Source: Chrysemys picta bellii (lineage: Eukaryota). Taken from it: a DNA stretch of 64,000 nt. Position numbers and translations under genes: made by a program. The DNA is taken from NCBI RefSeq assembly GCF_011386835.1, contig NC_088795.1, positions 103,788,001-103,852,000 of the forward strand, written 5' to 3'. Each line of letters starts with the position of its first letter. Position 1 is the first letter of the stretch. Below the pieces are notes generated by a model. That model was not told where the DNA came from, ran no database searches, and saw only the letters and a list, made by a program, of their open reading frames with translations. This document shows positions 50,801-64,000 of this stretch, piece by piece.

Positions 50801-52281
50801 GACTTTTCTCTATACAATATAGAACAAAATACTCCTTTTTAATTTTGCTTTATTTTTCACTAAATTATTCTATTCAGCATTGGTTGCCGAAAGTAATTTA
50901 AACTGGACATTTATCAAGATGAAACAAGGAAAAAAGATATCCATCTTATTTCTTTCTTTTATCATTGAAAATCTGTGAAAATCATCATATAGTATTAAAA
51001 ATAAAATCAATTAAGATTATTTATGAGGAAAATATCATTGCAATAGTGCAGAAAAGAGTAGCCCTTTTAAATGTTGTAAGATTTATAACACAGCGCATTT
51101 TTATTCTGGAACTGTTAGACAAATGAAGGTGAAGAGCAACATAGCAAGATCTGCAGTATTTGACTTTACTGCCATTCCTTCATAACTAGATACAGAGCTT
51201 GTGAATTACTGATATATTCTGATGATACATGGCCTTGAGTCTTAAGAAAAATAGCATTGCTCTAAAATTGCACATAACATTACACTTACATATAGCACAT
51301 AATGGAGCTATGGAAGGAGTGTAGTGCATCAACCCCATTGGAGGGGGGGAAAAAGAGAGCAGTTTTAAATAATGATAGGTTAATATCATTGGTGGAATGT
51401 AAAATATATCAATAACATAAGGAGGTGACATGAATGATTTTTCTCTAGCTATAAGGTCACATAATCATATTTTTTCTTCTTGGTTCTGGGAAATATTGTA
51501 TTCTATTATAATATTTAGGGTTATAATGCTCTTCATCACTGTAGGTGATTAAGTCATACACATTTTTCAGTTAATTAAAGAATACTTTCAGGTTTGCATT
51601 AAAATTCCCAGAATGAATGTAGGGTGGATATTATGAATGTTTTGTGCTTATTTCTTTACAAATGTAGTAGAAAGTTACATGGGTTGGGATAGTCCTAGGT
51701 GAAATTCTACACTGAAGGAAAGAAAGAGAAGCTGAACAATTTGTGTTAGAGATAATACTGTTTATCCTTATTCTAATGAAACTCCTTGTTTGGGGTTCAA
51801 AGAAAGCAACTCTTTCCATGGTTCTCCATCACTGTCACATGACAAAGTCTCATAGCTGACTCACTTTGAACCAGAATAAATAGAAGAGGAATATAAGCCA
51901 AACCTTCCATAAGATTTTCAGTTTGATAAGCATATGGAATGTCCTGAGTGGAAGGAATGTGTCACCTGTCCAAACAGGTTTAAACAGACAGCAGTGAAAT
52001 GCAGATCAGGTCATAAATTATGCACATTTAAAATGAAGCTGGAAATAATTATATTTTCTATAAGTAAGGAGAGAAGAATAAATATATCATCATTCTTTAA
52101 GACGTTTGATAAGCCTCTTGTTCCAAATAGGACTCCAATACACAGATGGACATGGTTTAAACATCATGGGCAGCCCATCAGCTGATGTAAAGTGTCATAG
52201 CTCCATGGAAGTTAATACGCCTTTTTAGAGCATGGAATTCCCTGGGTAGAAATATGAACAGGGAGATCATAGGGCATAGGT

Positions 52282-52479
52282 CAGTGGTGGGCAACCTCGG
52301 CCCGTAGGCCACATGTGGCCCATCAGGGTAATCCGCTGGCGGGCTGGCAGACATTTTGTTTACATTTTCACGGCTGCCCGTAGCTCCCAGTGGCCGTGGC
52401 TTGCCGTTCCCAGCCAATAGGAGCTGCGGGAAGCGGTGCGGGTGGCAGGTTGCCGTGGGTCACAGATTACCCATCACTG
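52282..52479. mobile_element. hAT MITE
   Basis: TIR cagtggtgggcaacct / agattacccatcactg; 8-bp TSD gcataggt / gcatagga (7 of 8 match). Confidence 0.85.
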
Positions 52480-52782
52480 GCATAGGAGCTCTGTCCAAGC
52501 AGTGGAAGTATGCTCAGGAGACATAATGATAAAGCACTTTGGATGCATGTCTCTTGAAGCAAAGGAATCAAGAATCTTGCTCAAGCAATGGTGAGTGATG
52601 CCCATGTCCTGGAATCTATGTCCAAAGGTTGTATTAATGAATAGGCTTAGACTGTTTATCTCAAGATTTACAATACTGCTATTAAACTTAAAATTGACTT
52701 GGGGCAGAGGAAACTGTGATTAATAATTAAACTTTTGTAATTAAACTTTAAAGGAGATTATTATTTAATTGTATTTATGGGG

Positions 52783-52917
52783 AGGAGTGCTGGAACAATT
52801 TGTATAGTGGAGGTGCTGAAAGCCAATGAACAAACTGTAAACTCTGTATATGACAGAAACCACTTCAAGCCAGGGGGTGTGATGTCACTCCCAGAACCTG
52901 TAGTTTCAGCACCTATG
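52783..52917. repeat. Short interspersed MITE-like repeat (sibling of 17521-17656)
   Basis: Collinear with 17521-17656. Confidence 0.7.
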
Positions 52918-52924
52918 TTTATGG

Positions 52925-53310
52925 GGCCTCAATCATAGATCAGGGACCCATTGTGCCAGGTACTGTACAAATACATAACAAAGTCTAGATAATACTTAGT
53001 CCTGCCAGGAGTGAAGGGGATTGGACTAGATGACCTCTTGAGGTCCCTTCCAGTCCTATGAGTCAGTCCTTCCAGTCCTGAAGAGTTTACAATACAAGCA
53101 TAGAAGAGACAACAGATGGTTACAACAAACAGATGATGGTCATCATGATAAGCAATGGTCTCAGCACACCAGCTACTTAAGCATTGTTGAGCAGCAGAGA
53201 AAAGATTTAAGGAGGGATGTGAAGAAGGACAATGAAATGGCTTTTCAGATATTTAAGCGGAGCTCTCCTATGCACAGGGGGCAGCATGATAGAAAACACA
53301 GAAGTGCTTG
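52925..53310 (-). mobile_element. L2-like 3' fragment containing a CR1 3' end (plus strand, 52984-53061)
   Basis: cccattgtgccaggtactgtacaaatac is an L2-type tail on the minus strand. tagataatacttagtcctgcc...ggactagatgacctcttgaggtcccttccagtcctatga is a CR1 3' UTR. Confidence 0.6.
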
Positions 53311-56022
53311 TTTGAAAAATGAACCCTAGAACATGATATAGTAGTGCTAAACAGGTCAGTTGCATAGGTCAGTTCAAAACCTGCACTAACTACAAAGGTG
53401 AGGAGTCATTCAGAAGCATAAGCTGGATAGGGAACAAAATAATAATACCAGATTTTTAAAATTTAAGTAATCAATAAGGAAGAATTTTAAACATTCAATT
53501 AAAGCTATGCAGAAGATGGAGATTCCATTTTATGTTGGATTTTGAGATTTGATCATTTTTTTCCAGTTAGGTACATAACCTGAAAAATTACAAAATTTTC
53601 CACAAAAACAAAAGAAACAATACATGATACACTATAATACAGAATTTTTTAAAAATCAAAATGAGAAGTTATTAAAAAAATCAAAATGTGGCATTTTGAC
53701 ATTGTTGGAACTTCCCCCCTTTTTTTTCAGTAATGAAATTTCAGCGAAATAAACATAATTTTGGAAATTGTTGGGATTTTGATATAACTGTATTCTCTGA
53801 CAGAAAATGAGTCCATCATTTTTTCTCCAACTAACTTAAGTCTGAACATCAAACACATTTAACAGTTTGTAAATTAGTCACATAGAGAAAAATATGGTTC
53901 AGAAATTTACAAATAAAATTATTAATGCGGTTCATAATATAGTCATTCTTTTATGAATGCTTCCAAAATGGAAAAAAAAGAGACAAAATTTGAAAGTTCT
54001 CTGGTATGAATGATTTGCCCAGCTCTGGTTTCAGCTATATTAAAGTTTATCCATACAAATATGTGGGTTTATATTTTGTTTAACAGATTTGAATGAATTT
54101 GACTACTGGAACACTGCAGAAAACTCTTTTTGTTCAATCTTCCCTACACAGCTCTGTTAATATACTTCATTTATAACAAGTTCTCTGCATACCTTTAATT
54201 GAAATTAGATATCGTAATTGTAAGGATTCCAGAAGTCACAAGATACCCATTAAGGACTAAATTGAGAACACTAGATCATTTTCCCTTCTCACCAAATCCC
54301 TCCTACATTCTTGTTATTATAGTAAGTACTCATTTTGGACTGAATCTAGTCTTGATTATGTACTGTCTATCCCAAAGGAATTTATATTAATGATGTAGCC
54401 AATAGTTAGACCTGAAATCCCGAGTTCTCAACATCTTAGAACTAGGGCTTTCCATGACTTTGAGAATAACAATGTTTAATACAGTGCAACAATTTTGCCC
54501 TCAGTGATTTCAATTTTCTTTTAAAGGCAGGCTGTGTATGGCATTGACAACTCCCTTAATAAATGGTGTTGAATTGTCAGTCATCATGGAAGACACAATA
54601 TAAGATCCCCTGACTGAAAAGAATGAGTTTCAAGTTCATTATTTTATTTTCATGCAATTGTTTTGATAGATTACAGAGTAAAAAGCATGCATGGTAACTA
54701 AATTGTCATGTTACAGTTACATAAGGATAGTTCTAATCCTCACACATCCAGAGAAGTATCAGGGGAGCAGTTATTCAGCTTTGTATGTGAATGCCAGAGA
54801 TTGTAATAGAGATGCCCAGAAAATATACTAATTTTGAAAAAAAAAAAAGGGGGGGAGGAGGGGCTGTTGCTCTAAGTTTTCAGTATGTCCAAGTAGGTGG
54901 TTTAAAGTTGATAGCAGCATGGGAAACAGCATATTGCTTAGACAATCAAACCACAGTGGTTTAACCCTATCCACTTTACAAGCTCTGTTGTGAACAGAAA
55001 ATTCCAATCTGTGATTACACAGTTAAACAGAAGCATGGATTTAAAAAATCATAAATCAACTTACAGTGAAGAAAGTCCATTTCATTCCTATAGTGGAGTA
55101 AGCAATTATAAGAAACTGATACAATTCAGGAAAAAAAGAAAAGAAACATCTTTTCAGATATTCCCAGCTGCACCTTAAAGTAATCAGTTAGAACTGCTTG
55201 CTTAGTCACTTACTTAATGTTGTCGACTCATCAATCAGCATTGAAATATTTGCCCTTCTTTCCTCTTTAATGTTTTCTACAACTCTTTATCAAATTGCAG
55301 ATGAAAGGTATTCAATTATATCAGCACAGATTTTCTCATCCTCTTTATACCCAACAAAAGGTACTCAATTTAGTGATTGAACTTTAACATCTGCTGGAAA
55401 ATAGATGCATGCCCTATGTTCCTAACTTCCAGAAAATATTTCTGTCAATACATTTTAATCTTGGTATGTCCCTCCTCTGATATACCAGTCCTGGGCATCT
55501 CCACAGAAGAAATTAGAATCCATCCTGAATTGTAAGGTGTTTTTTATATCTCAAATATACCCATTAAGATTATCTTTCTTGGAGAATCTCAGCAGTGCTG
55601 GTGTAAGGGCCAATGCTAGTTCCAGCGGCATTAGCCAAACTACTCCTTTCCTAGCCTGTGCAATGACTGCAGCTTCCCTTTGTATTTCTCCCCAGACCCG
55701 AGAAGTGCTCTCCCTGGGTTCCAGTGGAAGAGAATATGTTTGCCTGGTGGTATCTGACTCTTTGCCTTCCATATTCATGTGTGAATGGTTCCCTTTGCAT
55801 AGTAGATTTGGGAATATGTCTGGGCCTTCATTTTGGAGCTGGATGCCACACAGAAGAGGTATGCTGTGAGTTAGTGTGAGATGGGTTCAGCTGGGAAACA
55901 AATGGAGAAAGTGTTTGGTGCTCTAACTCAGTTGGTGGTGGTGAAAGGAAGGAATTTGTAAAAGTTAAGAAAGACTAACACAGACTGGAGTCTTTAGCCA
56001 AAGAATAAAGGAAAAGTGTTCA

Positions 56023-57830
56023 GATTTCTAGGAACATAGGACTGGAAGGGAACTCCTTGGTCATCAAGTCTAGTCTCCTGCTATCGAAGGAAACTCCATC
56101 ATATTATCTCATGTTGTTTGCTCCCATTTTGCCTATTAGACAATTGTTCCAGAACCTTACTCCTATGTTGATTAGCTAACATCTTTTAATTTCCAGCCTA
56201 AGTTTATTCAAGCCAGTTTATACACATTTATTCTTATGCAAACATTGTCTTTTAAATAGCTTTACTGACCCCCCTCCCTGGTTATTTACCCCTCTGAAGT
56301 ATTTAAAGAGTGAAATCTCTCAGCATAAATTTTACTACGTTGAACAAGCCAAGCTCCTTTAGTCTCATCTCATAAAATAGGCTTTCCATTCCCCTGATCA
56401 TCCTAATAGCCCTTCTCTCTTCTTTTCCAATTTGAATTAATCTTTCTTGAACATGGGTGACCAGAATTGAACACAATATTTCAGATGCGGTCTTATCACT
56501 GCCTTGTACGGTGGCATTAAGACTTCCCTATCCCTTCTGAAAATACCTTGTGTGACACATGGCCAGAAATGATTAAGCATCCTGCAGGATAAATGACCCA
56601 AATTTCACCTCTAGGGATGTATTATTAGATAATGTTTGTGGTTTTGTATGTTTACGTATATATTGTTAGAGGTTAACAATGTAACCAAAGGGTTCCTGTC
56701 TATGCTGTATTCTGTTAATTCAGAGATCAAAGGGAGATCTTAACATTTAAATGAATTGCAAATATATTGATATCACTGTATTCATCTCTCTTTGAAATTT
56801 ATAGCAAATCACCTGTGAATGGTGGAAAACAGGCAATTGCCTTATGTTAATCCCTGTAGCTAATTACCAGTGATGCTTAGGAAATAGGTCTACCTCAAAG
56901 TCTCCATGATTGCCTATTGTTCACATAAGGACTCCGAGCTGTCAAGAGAAGGCCTAGATTGTATAAAAGTGTCTTGGGCCCTGATCCTTTTTATCTCAGA
57001 TCTGCTTTATGCAGGGGAAGCTTGAGTCCTAAGACTGAGATCATCAGTCCCATCTGGATTACCCTGAATATGAACATTGGACTATAACCTATGAACTAAT
57101 TCTGAAAGAACTCTGCAGCTACAAAGCTCACCTTCTGTACTATGAATCTGATCTCAGAATTGTACTTGTGTCTGTATGTATACTGATCTTTTAACCAATA
57201 CTCTCTCTCTTTTCTTTTTAAATAAATTTTAGTTTAGTTAATAAGAATTGGCTGTAAGTATGTATTTGCGTAAGATCTGAAATATTCATTAACCTGAGAA
57301 GTAATATGTCCGATCCTTTAGGATTGGGAGAACATTCTTATATGGTGAATAAGATTTTCAGTAATCCTCATCATATATGACTTAGGTGTCTGTGTGGAGG
57401 CCTTAGGCTGGGTTGCTTTAAGGGAACTGTGTTTGGACTGCTGGGTAACCAATAAGATATTACCCAAGCTGTTTTGAGGCTAGTTTGATGGATCTAAGTA
57501 CTAGAATGATCACCAGCTTTGGGGATTGTCTGCCCCATTCTTTGCAGTTTGCCTTAATTTAGTAACATCAGTGTGGTTCCTCTAGGATCCTGGTTACACC
57601 TTGCCTGATACATTCTAAGATTGCATTCGCCTTTTTCTCAGCCACATTACATTGGTGACTCATAGTGATCCTGAAATCAACTATTATACCCAGGTCCTTC
57701 TCCTCTGTCATTTCCAACTGATGAGCCCCCAGCTATTGCAAAAAAATATTGTTATTAGTCCCTAAGTGAATGACTTTATACTATTAAATTACATCCCATT
57801 TCTGTTACTCTGGTCCTCAAGTTTCCCTAG
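56023..57830 (-). mobile_element. CR1 fragment split by an LTR (pieces 56023-56550 and 57604-57830)
   Basis: Minus-strand CR1 3' UTR (aggactggaagggaactcc) and ORF2 C-terminal similarity continuing across the LTR. Confidence 0.8.
56551..57598 (+). mobile_element. Solo LTR
   Basis: TGTGA...TTACA ends, 5-bp TSD ccttg (56546-56550, 57599-57603), tataaaa at about 56962, aataaa at about 57221. Confidence 0.9.
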
Positions 57831-60800
57831 AGCTGTCACTGAGATCATCTGTGTTGATACCTTACCATTGGTTCACTCTCCATCAATGCATGTTTTTGGT
57901 CCATCTGTGATATTCCAGAAGCAGGGAAGAGCAAGTTAATATTGTTTCTATCAGCATTAACCTATGGAGTATGTTCTATTATATTTTACATTGAGTTTGG
58001 GTGGAGAACACCATGTATGCCTTTGTGGAACTAACACCTCACAAGTTAACCCTTGTCCACATTTACATAGGTGTTGTACTGCTATCTTAAAGTAGCACAG
58101 AATATGAACTAGTAGGAATTTAGGTTATTTTTAGTCATGCAGGGGATTTGTTATTGCTGTAGCACTATTTTTTTCTCTCTTTGGCTATGCAATCTGAGGT
58201 TATTGCAAACTGTTCTAGCTTTTCTTGTGTTAGCATTGCTAAAATAGTGTAGTTTTGGCACCACTTGCTTCACCACAGGCTGTACAAGTATAGCCTGAGA
58301 GCCTAGGTACATACTCACATTGTGTGGTTGACTCTGTATTGTGTATTATAAAGGTGAACCTGAGTCACAAATCTTGGCCCCACTGAAGTCAATGGTAAAA
58401 AACTCATTTGACTCAAAGAGTAAAAACCTGGACCCACAGATGTCAAACCATTATATTGCAGAGGGGCCAGCTGTGAAATTTGGATGCAAAATGAGTTCTA
58501 ACACTAAGTTTCCCCAAAGCTCAGGTTTTGATCCACAAGATTTCCTAAAGATGCACATGTGATATAGAGTTTAGTACAAATTACCATATACATTTTAAGG
58601 AAACTGATATTTCCATCTGAAGAAGCCCTTAACATTAAAAGCAGAAAACTTTCAATTTTTTTTGTCTACTGTATAAACATGGCAGTCACCTCCTCCTCTT
58701 CTGCTTCCACTCAGAAATATAGAAACACTTTCAGTCATATAGTGCTGTCAATTCATAATTTTAACACAAATCTCATAATACTTGATATATTTTCTAGAAG
58801 TTCAAAATGCTGGAATCCTGTGAGTATGAGAGAATCTCAATTTACATATTTTTAAAAAAGTAAGTTTCTAATGTTAATTGTTGTGGAGAAAAGCTTGAAA
58901 AAGTGAATCCTAAAGGGTGAAAAGCCAGAATACTGCAAAAGAACACTTTTCTCTCTCTCTTTTTTAAAGAAATCACGTTGATTTTTAAGCCAAAACCATT
59001 ATTTTGGGGGATCTAACTGCTGAATGTTGAATGCCTGGCATGACTGCTTCTAATCTCTGGCAATACTTAACCCAGCCCTTCAACCATTGTGAATAAGATT
59101 GGCATTTAGGTTGAGAAAGATGCAGAGACACTAACACATTTTCTTGACACCCTCCCCTCTCTTTACAATAATGTGTCCCAAATGGTTAATATAGCTTTCC
59201 TTCCCCCCGAAGTGTCACTATTCAATCATTGGAAGATATCTTTGAAAAGCACACCACTTTATTTGATTTTCATTTACTTTTGTATAATGTCACAAATAGG
59301 AAACCTCCTAAAATATTATTACATATTTTATTTTTACCAATCATAGACTCCAAGCAGGATCAGAGCCCATTTGTACTAGGAAGTGTACAAACACATAATA
59401 AATGTCATACCCAACCCAAAAGAGAAGTTCTGTTTTCTGAATGGTGCATGACACTTCATTTCTAATAGACAGAACACTGTTAGTGTAACTGACCAATAAC
59501 ATTGCAGGAATTACCATTACTATATGTATAGCTAATACCCTTCATGCTGTGGACCATTTTTTCAAGGTTACACTATTGTTTCAGTGCCAGAGGCTGGTAT
59601 ATGCCCTGTTATCTGGTGTCAGCATGTTTATAATATGCTGTGTGTGCTGTTTGAAAACCTCAGAGCTCTGAGTAGTGTAAGTAACTGGTCAATAGTGGTA
59701 TATTTCTATGTCCTTTCTTTTAAAAGTTTTTTTAAAGACAAAACCCCAAAAATTCCAGTAAATTCAGGGTCTAACTAGAGAAATCTTAGTTAGAAACAAC
59801 AAACAATAACATGGTCTAAACCCCAGAGACCACCTTTTTCTCAAGACTCGAGGAGGCACTATTAATAAACTTAGTGCTAAATTGCAAAGTAGTAGGCTTT
59901 AACAAGATTAAAAGGTGTTAGGCTGCCAGAAACATTATCACTACTGGTGCCTAAAGATAACAGTAGTGTGGCGCCATGGGATAAGAAGAGTATTTCAGAT
60001 GATTCTGGACATCAAAGGATGCTGCTTCCCTAAAGTTGAAAGGACATGTTTTATCATTTATATTTCCCCTGCACTTCTTTCCATCAGCCAATCCATTTTC
60101 ATCTTAAATTCTTTATTTTGCTGCCCAAAGAACATAAACACTGTAACACTTTAAGCAAAATTATTTCTTTAAAAGCTAAATAATACCACCGGAGCGATAC
60201 TTATCACCTTCGCATACCAGTTTAAAAGGATGAATAAGACACAATAAAAGCCAATCTCCATGAATAGTGTGTTAAGAATAGAGGTTGAAAAGCAGCATTT
60301 GCAGCTCTTGTATGGCCAGGCAGAGTAGGTAGGACCAAGGTTAAAGCACAATCTAGTGTGGATCCAGCCTTTGGGAACAAGATAACTGTACTTGCATGTT
60401 GAATCACAACATCAAGACTAAAAATCTACATATTGCTTTTCTTATCCTGTGCTATCAACATTGTACCATAACACTACCAAGAAACAGAGAGAAAAAAATA
60501 GTACCTAACCTGCCAGTACAACGGCACTCACTGCAGAACTTTTGAGTTAATAATTATATTTTAAAATAAAATTGCAGCTAGGGAAATTAACTTATTCCAA
60601 GGCAACCATTCAAGAATTATAAAGCAACAATTAAATTAAATGCTTGACAAAGCAAAAATGACTTTTTCTCTACTTTTTTCCATTTGTAAACTGAAGAATT
60701 GAGATTTTTTTTCTGGCATCTTAAATATGTAAATATATCTTTTGAAAATTACATAAAACAAACCAAAAGTGAGGTATCTTAATCTCCTTCATTTCTGAGA

Positions 60801-61249
60801 AGATTTTTCTGAAAAAATTGTCAGTGCTTTAAAGTTATGGCACTTGACAACTACATCACCTCATAAAACAGAATGGGATGAGGTTTCTTCAAGTTGTCGG
60901 AGTCTGAAGTATCTGAATACAGGTGTAGTGTATTAAATGATTGTGCCAATCTTCTAGATTGGAATGTCAGTGTATGCAATATAATGGGTGGGATTTTTAA
61001 ATGATTTCAGTGGGAGAAGGGGTAAGCCATTGAATTAATACAAACGAGTAGGTGAATGGTGAGTGCTTTTGAAAATCCCATCTAATATATGTTAGACTAA
61101 AATCCTTTGATTTTTCTATTCTAGTCTATTGTAAAAGTGGTTCCCAAATAAGTGAGTGCTACAAATTTCAATCACATTGTTTAAAGGAATTTCACACCCA
61201 CCCCTCAATCAGTATCAGTGATTGCCAGATCAGAATGATTTCACAATAT

Positions 61250-61403
61250 TAGGGAGACAAGGCATGTGAGGTAATATCTTTTATTGTACCAACTTCTGTT
61301 GGTGAGAGGGACAAGCTTTCGAACTTACACAGAGCTCTTCATACCTGAAGAACAGCTCCTGTAAGCCCTAAAGTTTGTTTTTCTCACCAACAGAAGTTGG
61401 TAC
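61250..61403. mobile_element. Second-family hammerhead-bearing inverted repeat (probable Penelope-like terminus)
   Basis: Perfect 22-bp inverted repeat 61286-61307 / 61382-61403. The arms carry ctgaagaa (plus) and gagct-ctgtgta-agttc-gaaagctt (minus). Confidence 0.6.
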
Positions 61404-62499
61404 TGTGACATTACACTCCATATTATTTATGGAAATATGGTTATGATATGGATATGACATAACTGAGATGTACTTTATGAAAGATGGCTCATGTAAGGTA
61501 TCATTGGAAAGGTTATGCTTTACTGAATGTGTTCATCCATTCTGTATGCATGTATCGTTTTTGTATCTGAAGCTGGGAATATTGACCATGTCTCTGTACT
61601 TCAAATGTGCTACATAGGATGAGGCCAAACAATGTTAGAAGCTTATTGAAAAAATGCACCCAAGCATAAGGATTACCTCAGGAACTGTGTGCAATACAAA
61701 CCTCTCAGAGATAGTTCTATACAATGGGAACTATTTGACCCAGGTCACAGCAAAAAAGCTTTCCAGCAAGTGGGGGGAAAATATAAAAGAGGGACAATGA
61801 CAACATGAGGGGTCCTCACTCTCCTTACAACAACACACCTGAAAATACCTGAGGAACAAAGACTGAACCATGATAAGTGATGGTCCCAGGCTAAGATCTT
61901 TAGCCTGTATATGAAAACCTGGGAAAGCCAAGGCAACTCTACCAGCTTCTTTATCACTCAGGGTGAGAATTTGCTAATTTGTATCCTACCTATCTCGTGT
62001 GTCAAGCTTAGTTTGCGTGTTTTGTTTCATTTGCTCAGTAATCTGCTTTGTTCTGTTCGCTATCACTTGAACAACTTAAAATCTACCTTTTGTAGTTAAT
62101 AAACTTATTTTGTTTATTATTAAACCCAGTTTATGTAATTTCTAGCTGGGGGAGCAAGAAGTCATGCACATCTCTCTTCACATTGAGGAAGAGGACAGAT
62201 TTTTATGAGCTTGCACTGTGCAGATTTTTTTATAAAGTGCACAACAGTATTATTTTGGGTTCATCTCCCAAAATGGGTGTGCACGTGAGTGCTGGGGGAG
62301 TCCTCTCACACAGAGCTGACTTCAATCTGTGGCTGCAGCTGGGTGTGGCCCTACCTGTGTGTGTGTGTGTGCTGCAAGAGGCCGGAGAGCCTCATTCAGA
62401 AAAACAGGGAGAGGGAAACCAAGCCGGTGGAGCAGGAGAAGCTCAGTGAAATCCCAGTACATCAGGTGGCATCCCAGAAGGCGGGTCCAACCCATCACA
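61404..62499 (+). mobile_element. 5' LTR of a Gypsy-type retrotransposon
   Basis: TGTGA...TCACA ends, TATA (atataaaa about 61781), aataaa about 62098, immediately followed by a PBS and gag. Confidence 0.85.
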
Positions 62500-62500
62500 G

Positions 62501-62519
62501 TGGCGTAGTTGAACAGGAT
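62501..62519 (+). promoter_or_regulatory. Primer-binding site, tRNA-Ser type
   Basis: tggcgtagttgaacaggat versus TGGCGTAGTCGGCAGGAT, the complement of the vertebrate tRNA-Ser 3' end; 1 nt after the LTR. Confidence 0.75.
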
Positions 62520-62670
62520 AATGTGCACAGCTTATTGCCCTGAAACACCAGTGGTTATTTTAAGTGAGCTTTAAGTGTGGTGGCTAGAGAACAGACAAAG
62601 TGGTTACTGATTTGTTATTTTCTGTTTGCTTATTTCAGGACAGAGAAGTAGGGACAGGAAAAACAGCAAA

Positions 62671-63178
62671 ATGAGTGAAAGTGAAGCTACCAAAATGTTG
62701 GAACTCTGCAAATTGCAGGCAATGGAAATGAGAAAGAACATAAAAGACGTATGGAATTATGGGAAGCAGAAAATGCCCGGCAAGAAGCAGAAAATGCGAG
62801 GGAAAAAGTGGCCCTGGAAGCCCAGAAGCTAGCCATGGAACTGAGACAGCTCAAGGCTGACAGGGAAATGGAAGTATGGAATGGAAGAGACAGAACCCCC
62901 CACCAGGGGGCTCCACTTCTCCAAAAAGCCACAAGTGGGAGCGGTTATGTCCACCATGTAGCGAATCTGGGGACATTGCTGAGTACGTCATCACCTTTGA
63001 GAGGCTGTGTATGCTCCATGCAATTCCTGATGATCAAAAGATGACCACTTTAGATGCAAAGTTGACTGGGAGAACTCTGGACATATTCAATAAGATGCCA
63101 ATGGGTGGTGCTTCCAATTGTGGTAAATTTAAGGAATTGGTTTTGAAACAGTTTCAGATTACACCTGAAACTTATAAA
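62671..63178 (+). pseudogene. Frameshifted, truncated Gypsy gag (Gmr1/SCAN-type capsid)
   Basis: Coiled-coil N-terminus (MSESEATKMLEL... / ARQEAENAREKVALE), then DIAEYVITFERLC..LTGRTLDIF..FKELVLKQFQITPETY; two frameshifts; similarity stops at PETY. Confidence 0.75.
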
Positions 63179-63179
63179 T

Positions 63180-63570
63180 TCTAAGAAGGGGATCATATGA
63201 AAAGTATCTCAAATAAAAAAAGCTGTATAAATGATAGAAGGCTGTAGAACATGGGGACAACAAGAAAGACTCATGGTAAAGGGCTGGAGGGGATGATTTT
63301 GTCAGGCAATGTATGAGAGAATAGAGGTGGCGAGAAAGTAATGGGACTCTGAGAATGGGGAAGAAGGGATAAAAGTGATGGAGGGATTTATGGAGATGGG
63401 GAAGCAGAGGAGAATGCAAGAGACTGAAAGAACAAGAGTGTAGGAGGGAAAGAACTGAAAGAAGTAGTGGAGAAGTGAAAGGAGTAAAACAGTATTAATG
63501 AAAGTCAAAATCTTTGTTGTACAAAAAAGAGTAATTAGAGAGATCAAGGAAAAAGGACAGTGAATAAGAC
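63180..63570 (-). mobile_element. Possible extremely old L2 RT remnant (purine-rich on the plus strand)
   Basis: Minus strand gives FFLDLS and FYHLY in the order expected for L2 LLDLSAAFD...YHLYADD, but the rest is weak. Confidence 0.3.
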
Positions 63571-64000
63571 AAAGGAAAAGCTATACCAATATATAGTAAC
63601 ACAAATGCAAAAATGCAAAGGAGACCAAGTTTAAAAAATCACATTAATTACTACAAGTGCTACAATAAATACAACCTCAACCCTGCAATTTGTAGAAGAT
63701 GGGCAGACTGCTGGGCCCCTACAGAGCACCATTGACTTTATAAGCATTGCAGTCTAACCCATATTGAAGAATCTTCAGTACCAGAGCTTAAGTCAAAAAT
63801 GACATGGGATGTAACAGAAGGGAGACTGGGTATAGTGAGGATTGCTCAGGACAAAAAAAATAAGTAGACCAGGTGAAAATGCAAAGTATTACTATTAACA
63901 TTTTATCAACAGAGAATACTTTTAGGATCTGGGCACTTAACACTGTTCCTTGTTAATTCTGTCGTCCCATCCCGCTCCGGTCCCCTTCCACTCCACCCCC

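Noticed and set aside
55537-55869. 110-aa plus-strand ORF with a possible gag|gtatgc donor, and a 75-aa antisense ORF
   Set aside because: No recognisable protein, a weak acceptor and no partner exons; a cross-species alignment would be needed.
58040-58300. Possible old Harbinger MITE
   Set aside because: Termini are too degenerate and no TSD was found.
1-64000. Host protein-coding gene, tRNA/rRNA gene or CRISPR array
   Set aside because: No ORF outside transposons resembles a known protein, no convincing exon chain was seen, tRNA-like pieces are decayed SINE heads, and there is no repeat-spacer array.

Overview
AT-rich vertebrate intergenic or deep-intronic DNA with no recognisable host exon. 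The mix of CR1, Penelope, Harbinger-type MITEs, Gypsy-type LTRs and CORE-SINEs suggests a reptile, probably a turtle (inference). The window is mostly transposon remains: a 5'-truncated Penelope-like element with an open GIY-YIG endonuclease ORF, a full-length Chapaev3-type DNA transposon with only three lesions in its transposase, a fold-back hAT element inside an RTE LINE, several solo LTRs, a 5' LTR + tRNA-Ser PBS + decayed gag of a Gmr1/SCAN-type Gypsy element, and CR1, L2, MIR and DIRS remnants. The most notable signal is a set of Penelope-terminus insertions carrying minimal type I hammerhead ribozyme motifs with a palindromic AGCU stem III and a covarying stem II. Five copies of one family all end 90-95 nt downstream of the predicted cleavage site, and three of them have inverted 5' arms. 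A second, unrelated hammerhead hairpin lies at about 61.3 kb. All alignments were made by eye and no searches were run.
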